Of a stretch of 64,000 nt of DNA, positions 31,490 to 45,289 are shown in pieces. The notes under the pieces are model-generated. The model searched no databases, was not told where the DNA came from, and saw nothing but the letters and a program-made list of their open reading frames with translations. This DNA is from the human T2T-CHM13v2.0 reference genome, Homo sapiens, in the NCBI RefSeq assembly GCF_009914755.1, contig NC_060926.1; one strand, 5' to 3'. Both the position numbers and the translations under genes were made by a program. Each line of letters begins with the position of its first letter. Position 1 is the stretch's first letter.

Positions 31490-34400
31490 GGGAGTAGGGG
31501 CAGGGCAAGATGGCAGACTAGAAATCTCCACTGATTATCCCCACAGCAAGGGCACCAATTTAACAACTGTCTACACACACACAAAATAAAACACCTTCAT
31601 AAAAACCAAAAATTAGAAAACAAAACTGACCCAAACTCAGCTGATGCCCGCCCACGAAGGGAGCATTGAAAGCAGCCCTAGCCAGAGGAATCGCCGATCC
31701 CAGTGGCCTGAACTTAAGTTCCCAAAAGCCTCACCACCGCAGAGTGAAGTGCTCTGGGGCTCCAGATAACACTTGAAAGGCAGTCTAGGCCACAAGGAAT
31801 GCAACTCCTAGGCCAATCTTAGTGCTGAACTGGGCCCAGAGACAATGAACAGCAGGGAACACAACCTACTGAGACACAGCCAGGGTGACTGTGTGAGTGC
31901 TGGCATCATCCCTTCCCTAACCCCAGGTTGCTCAAAGCTCCAAAACAACCCCATTTCCTCCACTTAAGGAGAGGAGAGGGAAGAGTGGGTAAGACTTTGC
32001 CTTGCATCTTGGATCCCAGCTCAGCTACAGCTAGATAGGGTATTGGTCAGAATCATGAGGCCCCGTTTCCAGGCCCTAGCCCCCAGATACATTTCTAGAC
32101 ATACTCTGGACCAGAAGGGAACATGCTTCCATGAAAGGAAGGACCCAGTCCTGGCAGAATCCTACTAACTGAAGAGCCTTTGGGCCCTGAATAACCAGCA
32201 GCGATACTCAGGTACTATGTTGAGGGCCTTCAGTGAGCCTCTTGAAACTTGCTGGCTTCAGGCAAGTACAGCACATTCCCAGCTGTGGTGGCTATGGGGT
32301 TATGGGGTGAGATTCCTTCCACTTGAGAAAGTGGATGGAAAAGCAAAGGGGGGGTTTGTCTTCCACCTTAGATACCAGCTCAGCCATAGTGGGGTAGAGC
32401 ACCAAGTAGGGTCTTGGGGTCCCCAATTCCAGGACGTGGCTCTTGGATGGCATTTCTGGACCTGCCTCAGCCAGAGGGGAGCCCACTGCCCTGAAGGGTG
32501 AGTCCCAGGGAAGGCAGCATTCATCACAATCTCACCTAAGAGCCCTTGGCCCTTAAGGGAACATTGGTGGCAGTCTTGAGGTACTCCCTGTGGGCCTGTG
32601 GTGGCAATGGCCACTTGGTGAGGCTCTTTTGCCTTTGGAATGGGTAGGGAAGAGTGTGAAGGACTGTGTCTTATGGTTTGAGTGCCAGTTGAGCCACAAT
32701 ACAATAGAACACCAGTCTTGGCAGGTAGACTTCTAACAGTTTTGACTCCAGTCCCTGGCTCCTGGATGGCACCTCTGGACAAGCCCAGGGCCTGGGTGAA
32801 CTAACTTGCTACCCTGAAGAGAAGGACAGAGGCCTGAATAGCTTTGCCACCTGCTGATTTTAGAGCTCCAGGGCCTTGAGCAAACATAGGTCATAGCCAA
32901 TGAGAGGTTATAGAAAGGTTGGGTGAGACCTGGTGCTGTGCTAGATTCAGATCTGACCCAGTGCAGTCCTAGTGTTTGTGGCCACAGGAGTGCTTGTGTC
33001 ACACCACCCCCAGTTCCATATGGCTCAGAACAGAGAGAATGACTCCGTTCACGTAGGAAAAATTAAGAAAACAACAGTCTCCACCTGGTAATCCAGAGAG
33101 GTCTTCTGGATCTCATCCAAGAGCATTAAGGCAGTACCTCTACAAGTCTGCAAGAACCACAGCATTACTGGGCTTGGGGTGCCCCCTAAAACAGGTACAG
33201 CTTAGATCACAACACTCGAGTCCTTTCAAATATCTTGAAAGTGTTCCCAAAAAGGACAAACAAGCCCAGACTGAGTGTCTACAATAAATACCTAACTCTA
33301 AAATGCCCAGACGCTGAAGAACATCTACATGCATCAACGCCATCCAGGAAAACATGACCTCACCAAATGAACTAAAAAAGGCAATAGGGAGCAATCCTGG
33401 AGAAACAAAGATATTCTCTGACCTTTCAGAGAATTCAAAATAGCCATGCTTGAGGAAATGCAAAGAAATTCAAGATAACACAGAAAAGGAATTCAGAATT
33501 CTATCAGATACATTTAACAAAGAGATTAAAATGATTAAACAGAAACAAGCAGAAATGCTGGAGCTGAAAAATGCAATTGGCATACTGAAGAACACGAGTC
33601 TTTTAATAGCAGAAATGATCAAGCAGAAGAAAGAATTAGTGAGCTTAATTTGAAAATACAGAGAGGAGAAAAAAGAAGAAAGATAAAAAACCAATGAGGA
33701 ATGCCTACAGGATCTAGAAAACAGCCTCAATAGGGCAAATCTAAGAGTTATTGTCCTTATAGAGGAGGTAGAGACAGAGATAGGGGTAGAAAGTTTATTC
33801 AGCAGGATAACAGAGAATTTCCTAAACCTGAATAAAAATATCAATATACAAGTAAAAAGATTGAAGCTGTAATAAAGTCTCCCAGTAAAGAAATGCCCAG
33901 GGCCTGATGGCTTCACTGTTGAATTCTACCAAATGTTCAAAGAAGAACTAATACCAATCCTACTCAAACTATTCCAAAAAATAGAGAAGGAAATACTTCT
34001 AAACTCATTCTATGAGGCCAGTATTACCCTGATACCAAAACTAGACACACATACAACATAAAAAGAAAACTACCAGCCAATATGTCTGATGAATATTGAT
34101 GCAAAAATCCTCAACAAAATAATAGCAAACCAAATTCAGTAATGTATTAAAAGATCATTCAACATGACCAAGTGGGATTTATTCCTGGGGTGCAAGCATG
34201 GTTTAACATATGCAAATCAATCAATGTGATGCATCACATGGACAGAATGAAGGATAAAAACCATATGATCATTTCAATTGATGATGAAAAAGCATTTGAT
34301 AAAATTCAACATCCCTTCATGATAATAACCCTCAAACAACTGGGTATAGAAGGAACATACTTCAACATAATAAAAGCCATATATGAAAGACCCACAGCCA

Positions 34401-36655
34401 GTATCATACAGAATGGGGGAAAGCTGAAAGCCTTTTCTCTGAGATCTGGAACATGACAAGGATGCCCACTGTCAACACTGTTATTTAACATAGGACTGGA
34501 AGTCCTAGCTAGAGTAATCAGACAAGAAATAAAGAGCATCCAAATTTGAAAGGCAGAAGTCAAATTATCTTTGTCTGCAGATGCTATGATCTTATATTTA
34601 ATAAAACCTAAAGACTACACCAGAAAATTATTAGGACTGATAAATTTAGTAAAATTGCAGGACACAACATCAACATATAAGAATCAGTAGCATTTCTATA
34701 TGCCAGCAGTGATGAACAATCTGAAAAGGAAATAAAAAATGTAATACCACTTACAATAACCACAAATAAATACCTAGGAATTAATTTAAGATGTGAAAGA
34801 TTGCGATATTGAAAACTATCACATGCTGATGCAAGAAATTGAAAAGGACACCAACAAATGGAAAGATATTCTATATTCATAGACTGGAAGAACCAATATT
34901 GTTAAAATGTTCATACTACCCAAAGTGATCTACAGATTCAACGCAATCCCTATCAAAATACCAATCACATTCTTCACAGAAATAGAAAAACAATCCTTAA
35001 ACGTACATGGAAGCACAAAAGACCCAAAATAGCCAAAGCTTTCCTAAGCAAAAAGAACAAAACTTGAGGAATCATATTACCTGACTTCAAATTATACCAT
35101 AGAGCTATAGTAGTCCAAATAGCATGGTACTGGCATAAAAAGGCACATAGACCAATGGAATATAATAGTGAACCCAGAAATAAATCCAGACATCTATAGT
35201 GAACTCATTTGCAACAAAGGTGACAAAAACACACTGGAGAAAAGACAGTCTCTTCAACAAACGGTGCTGGGAGACATGGATATCCATATGCAGAAGTATG
35301 AAACTACACCCCTCTCTCATCATATAAAAAAATCAAATAAAAATGAATTAAAGACTGAAATCTAAGACCTCTTAACTATGAAACTACTACAAAAAAAATT
35401 GGGGAAATTCTCTAGGACATTGGTCTGGGCAAAAATTTATTGAGTAACATCCCACAAGCACAGGCAACCAATGAAAAAATGGACAAATGGAATCACATTG
35501 ACTTAAAAAGCTTGCACAGCAAAAAACAAAAACAAAAAACCCAAAAAACAAAAAGCAAACAAAAAAACAATCAACAAAGTGAAGAGACAACCCACAGAAT
35601 GGGAGAAAATATTTGCAAACTACCTGTCTGAAAGAGATTTATAACCAGAATATATAAAAACCTCAACTAGATCTACAGGAAAAAAATCTAAAAATCTGAT
35701 TTTAAAATGGGCCAAAGATTCGAATAGACATTTCTCAAAAGAAGACATACAAATGGCAAACAGGCATATATGAAAAGGTGTTCAACATCACTATCAACAG
35801 AGAAATGCAAATCAAAACAATCAGATATCCTCTCACCCCAGGCAAAATGGCTTTTATCCAAAAGACTGCAGTAACAAATGCTGGCAAGGACATAGAGAAA
35901 AGGGAATCCTCATACAATGTTGGTGGGAGTGTAAAAGTATAGCCACTGTGGAGAACAGTTTGGAGGTTCCTCAAAAACCTAAAAATAAAGCTACCATATG
36001 ATCCAGTAATCTCACTGCTAGGTGTATACCTAAAAGAAAGGAAGTCAGTATATTGAAGAGCTATCCGCATTCCCATGTTTGTTGCAGTTCTGTTTGCAAT
36101 AGCCAAAATTTAGAAGCAACCAATGTGTCCATCAACAGATCAATGGAAAAAGAAAATGTGGTAACTACATAATGGAGTCATAAAAAAGAATGAGATCTTG
36201 CTATTTCCAACAACATGGATGGAACTGGGGGTCATTATGCTAAGTGAAATAAGCCAGGCACAGAAAGATATATATCACATCCCCTCACTTTGTGGGTTCT
36301 AAAAATAAAAACAATTTAACTTATGGGGCAGAGAACAGAAGAATGGTTACCAGAGGCTGGGAAGGGCAGTGGGAGGGTGAGTAGGAAGTGGGGATGGTTA
36401 ACGGGTACAAAAAAATATAACGAATGAAGACCCAGTATTTGATAATACAACAGGGGGACGATAGTCAATACTTTAATTGTACATTTAAAAATAACTGAAA
36501 TAATTGATTTGACACACAAAAGATAAATACTTGAGGGGACGAACATCCCATTTTTACATGATGTGATTATGCATTGCATGCCTGTATCAAACATCTCATG
36601 TGCCCCATAAATATATATGCCTACTATAAATGCATAAAAAATGGAAAATTTATAA
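31490..36655 (+). mobile_element. L1MA-type element with 5'UTR, internally deleted between ORF1 and ORF2
   Basis: 5' end ggggcagggcaagatggcagactag; ORF1 coiled coil 33450-33850; ORF2 RT ([18 protein letters not shown]); L1MA 3'UTR; candidate TSD taaaaatttg (31480-31489, 36653-36662). Confidence 0.88.
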
Positions 36656-37959
36656 AAATTTGCCTAATTTTTGGGTCAGCCTATGAAAAATAGCATCTCT
36701 TCTTAATTTACATGCTTTTAAAAATTATTAAGGAAAAATAACTTTAAAAGAAGCTGTTTTGGGGGAATATTCTGTTTTTTTCTATTAATACTTTCCTAGA
36801 AAGCAAAATATACTGCAAAATGACTAAAGCCAATTCTTGACATAACTGCCATAGTTAAAATTTGAGATTCAGAGTAAGAAATATTTTCCCAAATAACTGA
36901 GATAAAGCCTGATAACACCAATACAATTGTTTTGTTCAAAAATTTATGTCTCAAGAAATGATGTCTCACATGTAAAATCTAATGCAACACAGAGACAAGG
37001 GAAGGCACTGTGACCATGACAAGGGTGTACTAGCAACACTAATGAAAATGAGGTGTCTTCTCTTCTTGGAAAGCCACTAGAAGAACTTGCATGTACATTT
37101 GAAGAAAAATGATGCAAGCCACTTGCCCATTAACAGAGCCCTTCTGGTTTGATTGCTGTGACATATTTGATATTTTTACAATTAACCTTTGATTTGGACT
37201 ACAATAGAAAACTATGCATGCTTTTTCTTCCATTGTAGGTTCCAATGCCACATGGCCTTTGCTATTTCAGATTAAGTCTTTTAATTTTGGAAACATTTTC
37301 ACTGATGGCACCTATTCTACGGCAATGTATGTAACTTGCAACTCATCATTTATATTTAAATGGTAGAACCATTTATTTCTTCAGAAAGGACTTTAGAAAT
37401 ATTCTAAACTTTGAGATTTTTTTTCCACACAGAAGGATGCTAGCTGTCTAGGATCTTAATACCAAACTATTAACTCTATGAACACCCACATTTCAATATA
37501 TAGTTACTGATAATCTGGAAAGACTTGCTGTTGTTTTAAGCCATGTGAGACAATTACAGGAAAAGTTCATTTGCTTTGATAACTGTGTTCTCTAGGTATT
37601 TTGGGTGTCTGTGTTTGTTCATGTCTATCTAAGATGAGGGCCTTGGAATAAATAGGATTCTCTCATGATAATCTCAAATATGGTCATCCATCATATCCTA
37701 TAGTCTCATAGATGTAGAATTAGCAAAACTACATTTAATAGTAAGCACACACCATAGACGAGATTATCTTTCCTGTCCTCTGAAGTCAAGACTAACATGA
37801 GTTTGACCTTTTGTTAACCTGTTTGATCATTTGTTAACCTGTTATAGAAATACATCAGCTTGCCTTCATGAAACTTTTTATCTATATCACATAATCTACC
37901 TTAAGCACATTGGTAGAATGTTTGTTAAAAAATAGCCATGCATCTCCTCAGATTGGTCA

Positions 37960-38900
37960 TATCTAACAGATATGACTAAAACGGTCACTCTACACACTCT
38001 CCAGCAAAACTGGTGTAAGTCTGCTTCTTCACTTAGCTTGCACCACTTCTAATATAACACATAACTGACTTGTTGATTGCATTTCCCAACATCCTCCCAC
38101 CATCTTTAGAACGTGGCCTCCACAAAGGCAGAGATTTTTGCTTTTGGCCATTGTGTTACTTCAAGTGCTTAGAGCAACCTCTGGCACCTAGTAGCACTCA
38201 AATGTTCACTGACAAAACAATGTGGCAGATGAGGTCAGAGACACAATGGGATGGGATATGGAATAAATCATCTCTGGGCTTTGTGGGCCGTCTTCAAGTT
38301 CTGAGTGAAACAGGGGAGCCACTCCAGGATTCTAGGCAGAGCAGTGCTGTAACCTGACAAAAGTTTTAAAAGCATCGCTCTGGCTGCTGTATTGAGGATG
38401 GGCTGTGGTGGGCAGGGGTGAAAGTGAAAAGACATTTATGAAGCAAGTACAGTAACTGGATGAGGAATCATAAAGGCACAGATTAGGATGAAAGTGGTAT
38501 AAATGGTGATATGTGGTTGAATTCTGGATTGTTTTGAGGGGAAAGCAAATAGTATTTCTTGACGGACTGGATGTGGGCTGAGAGAAAGAAAATCAAGGGT
38601 GACAACAAGGTTGTTCTAGCTTAAGCAACTTGAAGAATTGTATTGTCATCAATTGACTTGTGAAAGTTTGTGGGAGAAATGTTTGAGGGTAGGGTGAGCT
38701 GTTTAGCAGTTCAGTGTTGGACATGTTATGTTTCAGATGTTTTGTCAGGCCATCACCAAGGGATGCCAAAGGCAGGTGGATCTGTGACTAAAGTTCAGGG
38801 GTGTGGGGAATTACATATGAATTATATAATTATATAATTCATTATATATAAATGGGATGCAAAGTGAGTGCAGAGAGGAATAAGGCCCAAGTACCCTGCA
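37960..38900. mobile_element. L2 remnants
   Basis: ctccacaaaggcagagattt..cctggcacctagtagcactcaa and purine-rich L2 3' sequence. Confidence 0.65.
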
Positions 38901-39064
38901 GTTAAAAGGAATGAATGAATTTTATCACAGAACTAGAAAGAATCTCAGGTTCTTCTCAGTTAATAAATGTCCTGAAGGAAAAAAAAAATCATTATCTGGT
39001 GATGTTACTTTATGAAGGAAAGGTAAGAGAACAAGCAAATTATGAACATAATTTAAAGATAGAA

Positions 39065-39070
39065 TTTATT
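39065..39070 (-). terminator. ATF2: Distal polyadenylation signal AATAAA
   Basis: tttatt on the + strand; further copies at 39224-39229, 39318-39323, 39973-39978 and 41084-41089. Confidence 0.7.
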
Positions 39071-40248
39071 CTCTGATGGTTTACTCATGCAAACTGCACA
39101 TAAAAGAAAATAGTACAGTTTGTGTAACATTGCAAATATAAGGACTGAAAATGCTAGGTACAGAAGTAGTATGACATCCTGAAAGTCAAAATGGAATTTG
39201 TGTTTATACAACTAATAATGATTTTTATTTGCTCAGTACAGACTGATTTACAATGAAAGTTTTGCTAACCTTGGTAAGCTTGTTAACCGTTTACATGACT
39301 TCTTACATCTATGTAGTTTTATTTTACAGTTGCAAGAATTCTGTTACCAAAGAACCTTAACTTGCATAAGTAATAAGATGAAAGAAAAATGTACTGAAGG
39401 ACTTAAGAGTGAAAAATTGAGGCTTTTCCTAACCCATTCAAACTACAATAAAAAATAGCCTTCTTGCAGAATTCATATTTTGTGCCTTTGAGATAACTCC
39501 TTAGAATAATGATATCAAAATCATGATTTGAAAAACTGATTACTTTAAAATAATGAAATTAGTTAAAAATTAAAAATTTAAAAAAAATTATCAAATAAAA
39601 ATGCTCTCATTTTAAAAAGCAAAACAATAAAATTCCCATTATCTTCATACTTAAAGTCCTGAAATGTCATTTATATAATTTGAATGTTTCCCAGTTTGGA
39701 ACTTAGGCAGGAGGGATATTTCCTTGAATTATCAAGGATATTCCATACAGACTTTTAAAATGTCAGTCTCATTAGGAGATGGCACTGAGACTTTAGCAAA
39801 TAGTGTAGTATGGATGCAGGACAAACTACACAACTTATTATAAATGCATTACAGATATTTACATAGTGGAATCCTGCTTGAATGCCAGAAGTTGCTACTG
39901 GGTAGGACTCATAACTATTTTACAAAGTTTTCTTACGCACATCTACTACTTTTAAAATTTTATGTTTAACAATTTATTCTATTTTAAAATATGTACTGTA
40001 TTTTGAACATAACTGCAGAATAAAAATAGATAATGGCACATTAGAAAACTAAGTATCCCACAGATGATTGGATAATGAGAAAAATGTACCTACAATCATC
40101 TCATCAGAAACAAGCTACATCATGGAATGTTAGTTATCCAAGCCTGCACAATAATGACATTTTAAACTGCAATCATCTATTGGCCAGCATCACACTGAAG
40201 GCATCGTTAAACATTCAAGCAAAGATTGCTGGCATAAACTATTAAAAG

Positions 40249-40296
40249 ACACACACACACGCGCACACACACACAGATACACACACACTCTCTCTC
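40249..40296. repeat. Compound (CA)n/(CT)n microsatellite in the ATF2 3'UTR
   Basis: acacacacacacgcgcacacacacacagatacacacacactctctctc. Confidence 0.95.
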
Positions 40297-41398
40297 ATTC
40301 ATGCACACTTCCCACATTATAATTACATTGTTCTAAAGATAGATACTGATTTTTTTTTCCACGAGAAACATTATCAAAATTTGCTACTAAAAGATGACAG
40401 TGCTTTCACAAGAATAGTACAAGTTAGCTCGCAAGTACAAGACAATGGGGGTAAACAGTCTTAAATTTTCTAAGTAGTAATTTTAGGCTTTTCTGGCAAC
40501 CATACCATACTTAATTATGCATAAACTTTGCAGTTTGTAACCTGAAATCTGTAAAAACAACAACAAAAAAACCAAAAACAAGAGCTAATTTCAAAAATTA
40601 TTAGATATTTGATAACCCTGTATCATACATTATATAATTTCATATTTTTAGCCTCAAAACATAGGTGTAAAATATTGAATTTAAGACTTGAAAAATAAAA
40701 TCATTTTTGAAATGCTGAAAATTCTAAAATTTGTTTACTTAAAATCTTAAATAAAAAAGGAAAATGATTATAAATGACCTTGATTTAGCTTAACAATGTG
40801 CATAAAAGCACTGTATGTCTTTACCATGTTTTCACTCACTTAAAAAAAAGTGTTCTTTAATGTTTTTCCTTTTGCATAATGTGCAAAATAAAAGGCAAAA
40901 AGATTAAAAGCAAATTTCTATCTTTCTCTTGCCTAGTGCTTTTATGACTCCGTTAACATTACAAAGTCAACAGGGACTATGCAAAACTTTGGTATAAATG
41001 ATAATACTACTACCGTCACAGTTGAGGGTTAAGGGGTGGTCAAAAGAAATGGAAGTGGGAAGAAAGATTCAGTAACACCCCCATTTATTAAAACACCAGC
41101 AAATTAAAAGTGAAATAAATCACAATGAATTATAATACAATTTACACATTGAGCACAGAAAAATTAATAAATCTAATAATATTTATAAAAAAAGCAAAAT
41201 CAGTCTTTTTCCAGAGACTAAAAACCGTTTTTCAGTCTGATCAACTGCTGCTACACCAACTTTAGAGCCAAATTTAATTTCAAGTAAAAAAAAAAAATTT
41301 ACAACCACAGATTTCGCATAAATGGAAACTGGTCTTTCCTTGATTTCCCTTTGAAGTCACTAATGAGTATCTAAAACTGTTGTACTGCAGGTTTTTAA

Positions 41399-41625
41399 TC
41401 AACTTCCTGAGGGCTGTGACTGGGAGGAAGGAGCCATAACGATCTGTGAAAGAGCAGGCTCTGTACTCTGGTCCGCCATCTGGGTGAGGACTGAAGTGGC
41501 TACAGCTTCTGCCTTGGAGGTTGAACTGACTCCATTGGATGTGCTGACCGAACTATGCTGTATAGCTTCTGTATGTGGACTACTCGGCACTGAAATGTCT
41601 TCTGAACTATCATCTTTATCAGCAG
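41399..41625 (-). CDS. ATF2: ATF2 last coding exon (227 nt), C-terminus
   Basis: Acceptor ttttttccacccAG; (T)ADKDDSSEDISVPSSPHTEAIQHSSVSTSNGVSSTSKAEAVATSVLTQMADQSTEPALSQIVMAPSSQSQPSGS*; phase matches the previous exon. Confidence 0.97.
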
Positions 41626-43199
41626 CTGGGTGGAAAAAAGAAAAATTATTCATTTTCCTAAAATCGGTAAGAATGCACCAGTATGCTGAGGCAATACACA
41701 GAGTAAAAAGTTAGAAAGTATCTTACAAAACTGATTAGACAAGTTGGTATTACAGCAATTGATATAGGTCATGAAGTAGGCAATTTTACCTGCAATAGGT
41801 CAAAAGAAGGCACAACCATGCATATGGAAACATCTGGGTGCCCACTGCCTTATGGAATAGAGCTGAAGAAATATTTGCTAAATAGTGTTAAAGAAAGAAA
41901 ATGAGGGAGAGTTTGGAAGATAGTCTCTTACAGATACAATCAAACATTAAGTATCACATTTAACAAACTCAGTCTGGTTGGCCTACATGTCATTCTTATT
42001 ACAAGATAAAAATGTATAACCACATGCATAAACAAAATGAATTCTTACATACAAATTATATCTTCAAATTATTCCCTCTGCATTCTCCAGAACTGTATTT
42101 ATTCTGACTGATTTTCCATCTATTGCAGCCATGGATGATTATAACACCTGATTCTAATGATGCATACATAGGAGAACAAGCAGTATTTAGAATCTAAATG
42201 CCACCAGCTGTTATAGTTGCATGAATAAATTGGGATTCAAGTAAAAATCCATATAAAACTCTAAACATTGCATCTGAAAAGATATTAAGGAAAGGGCATT
42301 CTAAATATTTACGAAAATAAATCTGCAAATATTTAGACCTGAACAAGTCTCTTACATCCTTATTTTAATAGAACAGAATCCAGTAATTTCATTTAGTAAA
42401 AATTTGATATAGATAACACACAAATATTTATAGTATATGTAAGTTATGAGGAACAATGATAACATGAACACCTGGGAACCGAGCCGCCAACTTAAGAGAG
42501 AACATTGCCATTAACACTTCTGCTTCCTGGAGGTTCCTGTCCTCACCAAAGGTAATCACCACTCTGACATTTCTTTAACCATTCTCGTTTTTTCTCTGCA
42601 GTTTTACCACATAGGCATGTATCCCTAAACAATATAGTTCAGCTTTGTTTATTTTGAAACATTTTAAAAACAGTATCACACTGGATGTATTCTTTTGCAC
42701 CTTGCTTTTTTCACTTGGCATTAAAACTTTTTTTATTCAGTGTTTAGGAGTGACAGTAAATAGGCTTCTAAAATCAAATCTAAGAATGTGTATTGGCCTG
42801 CTTACTAATGGCCAGATGCCCATTCTGAAAGTCAATTAGTGAAAAAAATTGTGGACATCTTATGAAGCAGGACTTAGCCTATGATTTGCAATGTAGAAGA
42901 TGGAGAGGGGGATACCTGGTAGTGTCAACTTTAGCTAAAATAAAATTATTAATTTTGTGCATTTTCTGAAATATAGTTTTTACAGAATTTTTCAACATCT
43001 GCCTCAAATCCATGCATTTTTGAAAAGCAGGTTTTAAAATACATTAATGAGATGGAACCCCATCTTCTCTATAACATGCTATAAATCAAAACCATACCCC
43101 TAGATACTTGACCTCAAGGTACAATAAAACAACACCACCACCACCACCAACCACCAGAAGTAGTAATCCTTTAAAAATTATATAAAACAGAATGAATAC

Positions 43200-43365
43200 T
43201 TAAAAAAAATTATAGATTCAGATGGTACATATGCAGGTATGTTACATGGGTATATTGTGCAATCCTGGGGTTTGGGCTTCTATTGAACCTATCACCAAAA
43301 TAGTGAACATAGCACCCAACAGGTCGTTTCTCAACTAGTGCCCCTCTCCTTCACCCCCCTACTTT
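43200..43365 (-). mobile_element. Short L1PA/PB 3' end fragment
   Basis: ggtacatatgcagg..gttacatgggtatattgtg..aaatagtgaacatagcaccca. Confidence 0.75.
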
Positions 43366-43535
43366 TCTGATCAAGCAGTAATGAATGTTATAAAATATTT
43401 ATAATTCAGTTATTAAAATAGCCAATATAATCATTACATAATCATTACATGTATATAGAAAACAAAATACTGGCAATGACAGTTTAACTGGAGGGAATAC
43501 TAAAAAGCTCTATTTGTTTTGTTTCACCACTATTC

Positions 43536-44284
43536 TTTTTTTTTTTTAAGTATTTATATGTGATTTTTAAAATTTTTTTATTTTTATCACTTTTTAAAAA
43601 TTATACTTTAAGTTTTAGGGTACATGTGCACAACGTGCAGGTTAGTTACATACGTATACATATGCCATGTTGGTGTGCTGCACCCATTAACTCGTCATCC
43701 AACATTAGGTATATCTCCCAATGCTATCCCTCCCCCCTCCCCCCACCCCACAACAGGCCCCGGTGTGTGATGTTCCCCTTCCTATGTCCATGTGTTCTTA
43801 TTGTTCAATTCCTACCTATGAGTGAGAACATGCAGTGTTTGGTTTTTTGTCCTTGCAATAGTTTGCTGAGAATGATGGTTTCCAGCTTCATCCATGTCCC
43901 TACAAAGGACATGAACTCATCATTTTTTATGGCTGCATAGTATTCCATGATCTATATGTGCCACATTTTCTTAATCCAGTCTATCATTGTTGGACATTTG
44001 GGTTGGTTCCAAGTGTTTGCTATTGTGAATAGTGCTGCAATAAACATACATTTGCATGTGCCTTTATAGCAGCATGATTTATAATCCTTTGGGTATATAC
44101 CCAGTAATGGGATGGCTGGGTCAAATCGTATTTCTAGTTCAAGATCTCTGAGGAATCGCCACACTGACTTCCACAATGGTTGAACTAGTTTACAGTCCCA
44201 CCAACAGTGTAAAAGTGTTCCTATTTCTCCACATCCTCTTCAGCACCTGTTGTTTCCTGACTTTTTAATGATCACCATTCTAAC
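43536..44284 (-). mobile_element. 5'-truncated L1PA (~700 bp), sense to ATF2
   Basis: L1PA 3' end; TSD ttcaccactattcttt at 43523-43538 and 44285-44300. Confidence 0.95.
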
Positions 44285-44764
44285 TTCACCACTATTCTTT
44301 AAAAGAACAACAGGCTGACGTTTCCCTGAATGTTGAGTTCAAGGGACACACCAGCTTTTAAAAATAAAGAGGCTGATCTGTGATGAGTGGTATAAGGAAA
44401 CGTAAATACATACTGGAGTCAACAACTTAAAATGAAACAGTAAATTATAAGGGATGAATGCTTACCTACAGACTTTCAGAATTAGGTAAAGCAAATCTTT
44501 AAGCAGTACAAAGAATCAGGTACTCACAATTATGTAATTATAAACCTTACATACACATCAAATACCTTTACAATGTGATATATTTGCACCTATGTCCAGT
44601 TCTAGGTGAGGGGAGAAAATGACTGGTGTAATCACAAGCACTAGAGAGATACAGAAAACCATGCTGTACTCAAAGAGCCACTTCCAGCTCTACCTAAGCT
44701 AAAAGAAACCAGCTGTTTGGCAATTCAGTAATCTTGAAAGTTCTCTACCTATGTCCACAAGTTT

Positions 44765-45061
<297 letters not shown>

Positions 45062-45289
45062 TATACATATTTTCAGTAATAAAAGTATTTGTGGTTGATT
45101 AGTCCCCAAGAAGCTTTTCTTCCCATTTATAATTATAGAGACAATTATAATACAACTTTAATTATGCCCAGATCTAAAGAATGTGAATTCATGGCAATAA
45201 GATCACTTTTGTGCTTTATTTTTCATGGAACCCAAATATTTAAAATGTACTCTTATTATTTTCATTCAGGTTTTATATTACTTAACTGT

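Larger units (their letters stand above)
39045..41398 (-). other. ATF2: ATF2 3'UTR (long form)
   Basis: Repeat-free AU-rich stretch after the stop codon, ending near AATAAA at 39070-39065. Confidence 0.8.

Noticed and set aside
37039-37251. 70-aa minus-strand ORF in unique sequence
   Set aside because: Non-ATG start, no recognisable homology; splice signals nearby favour the + strand.
41626-41653. N-terminal extension MNNFSFFHP of the ORF-track call
   Set aside because: This is the intronic polypyrimidine tract upstream of the last-exon acceptor.
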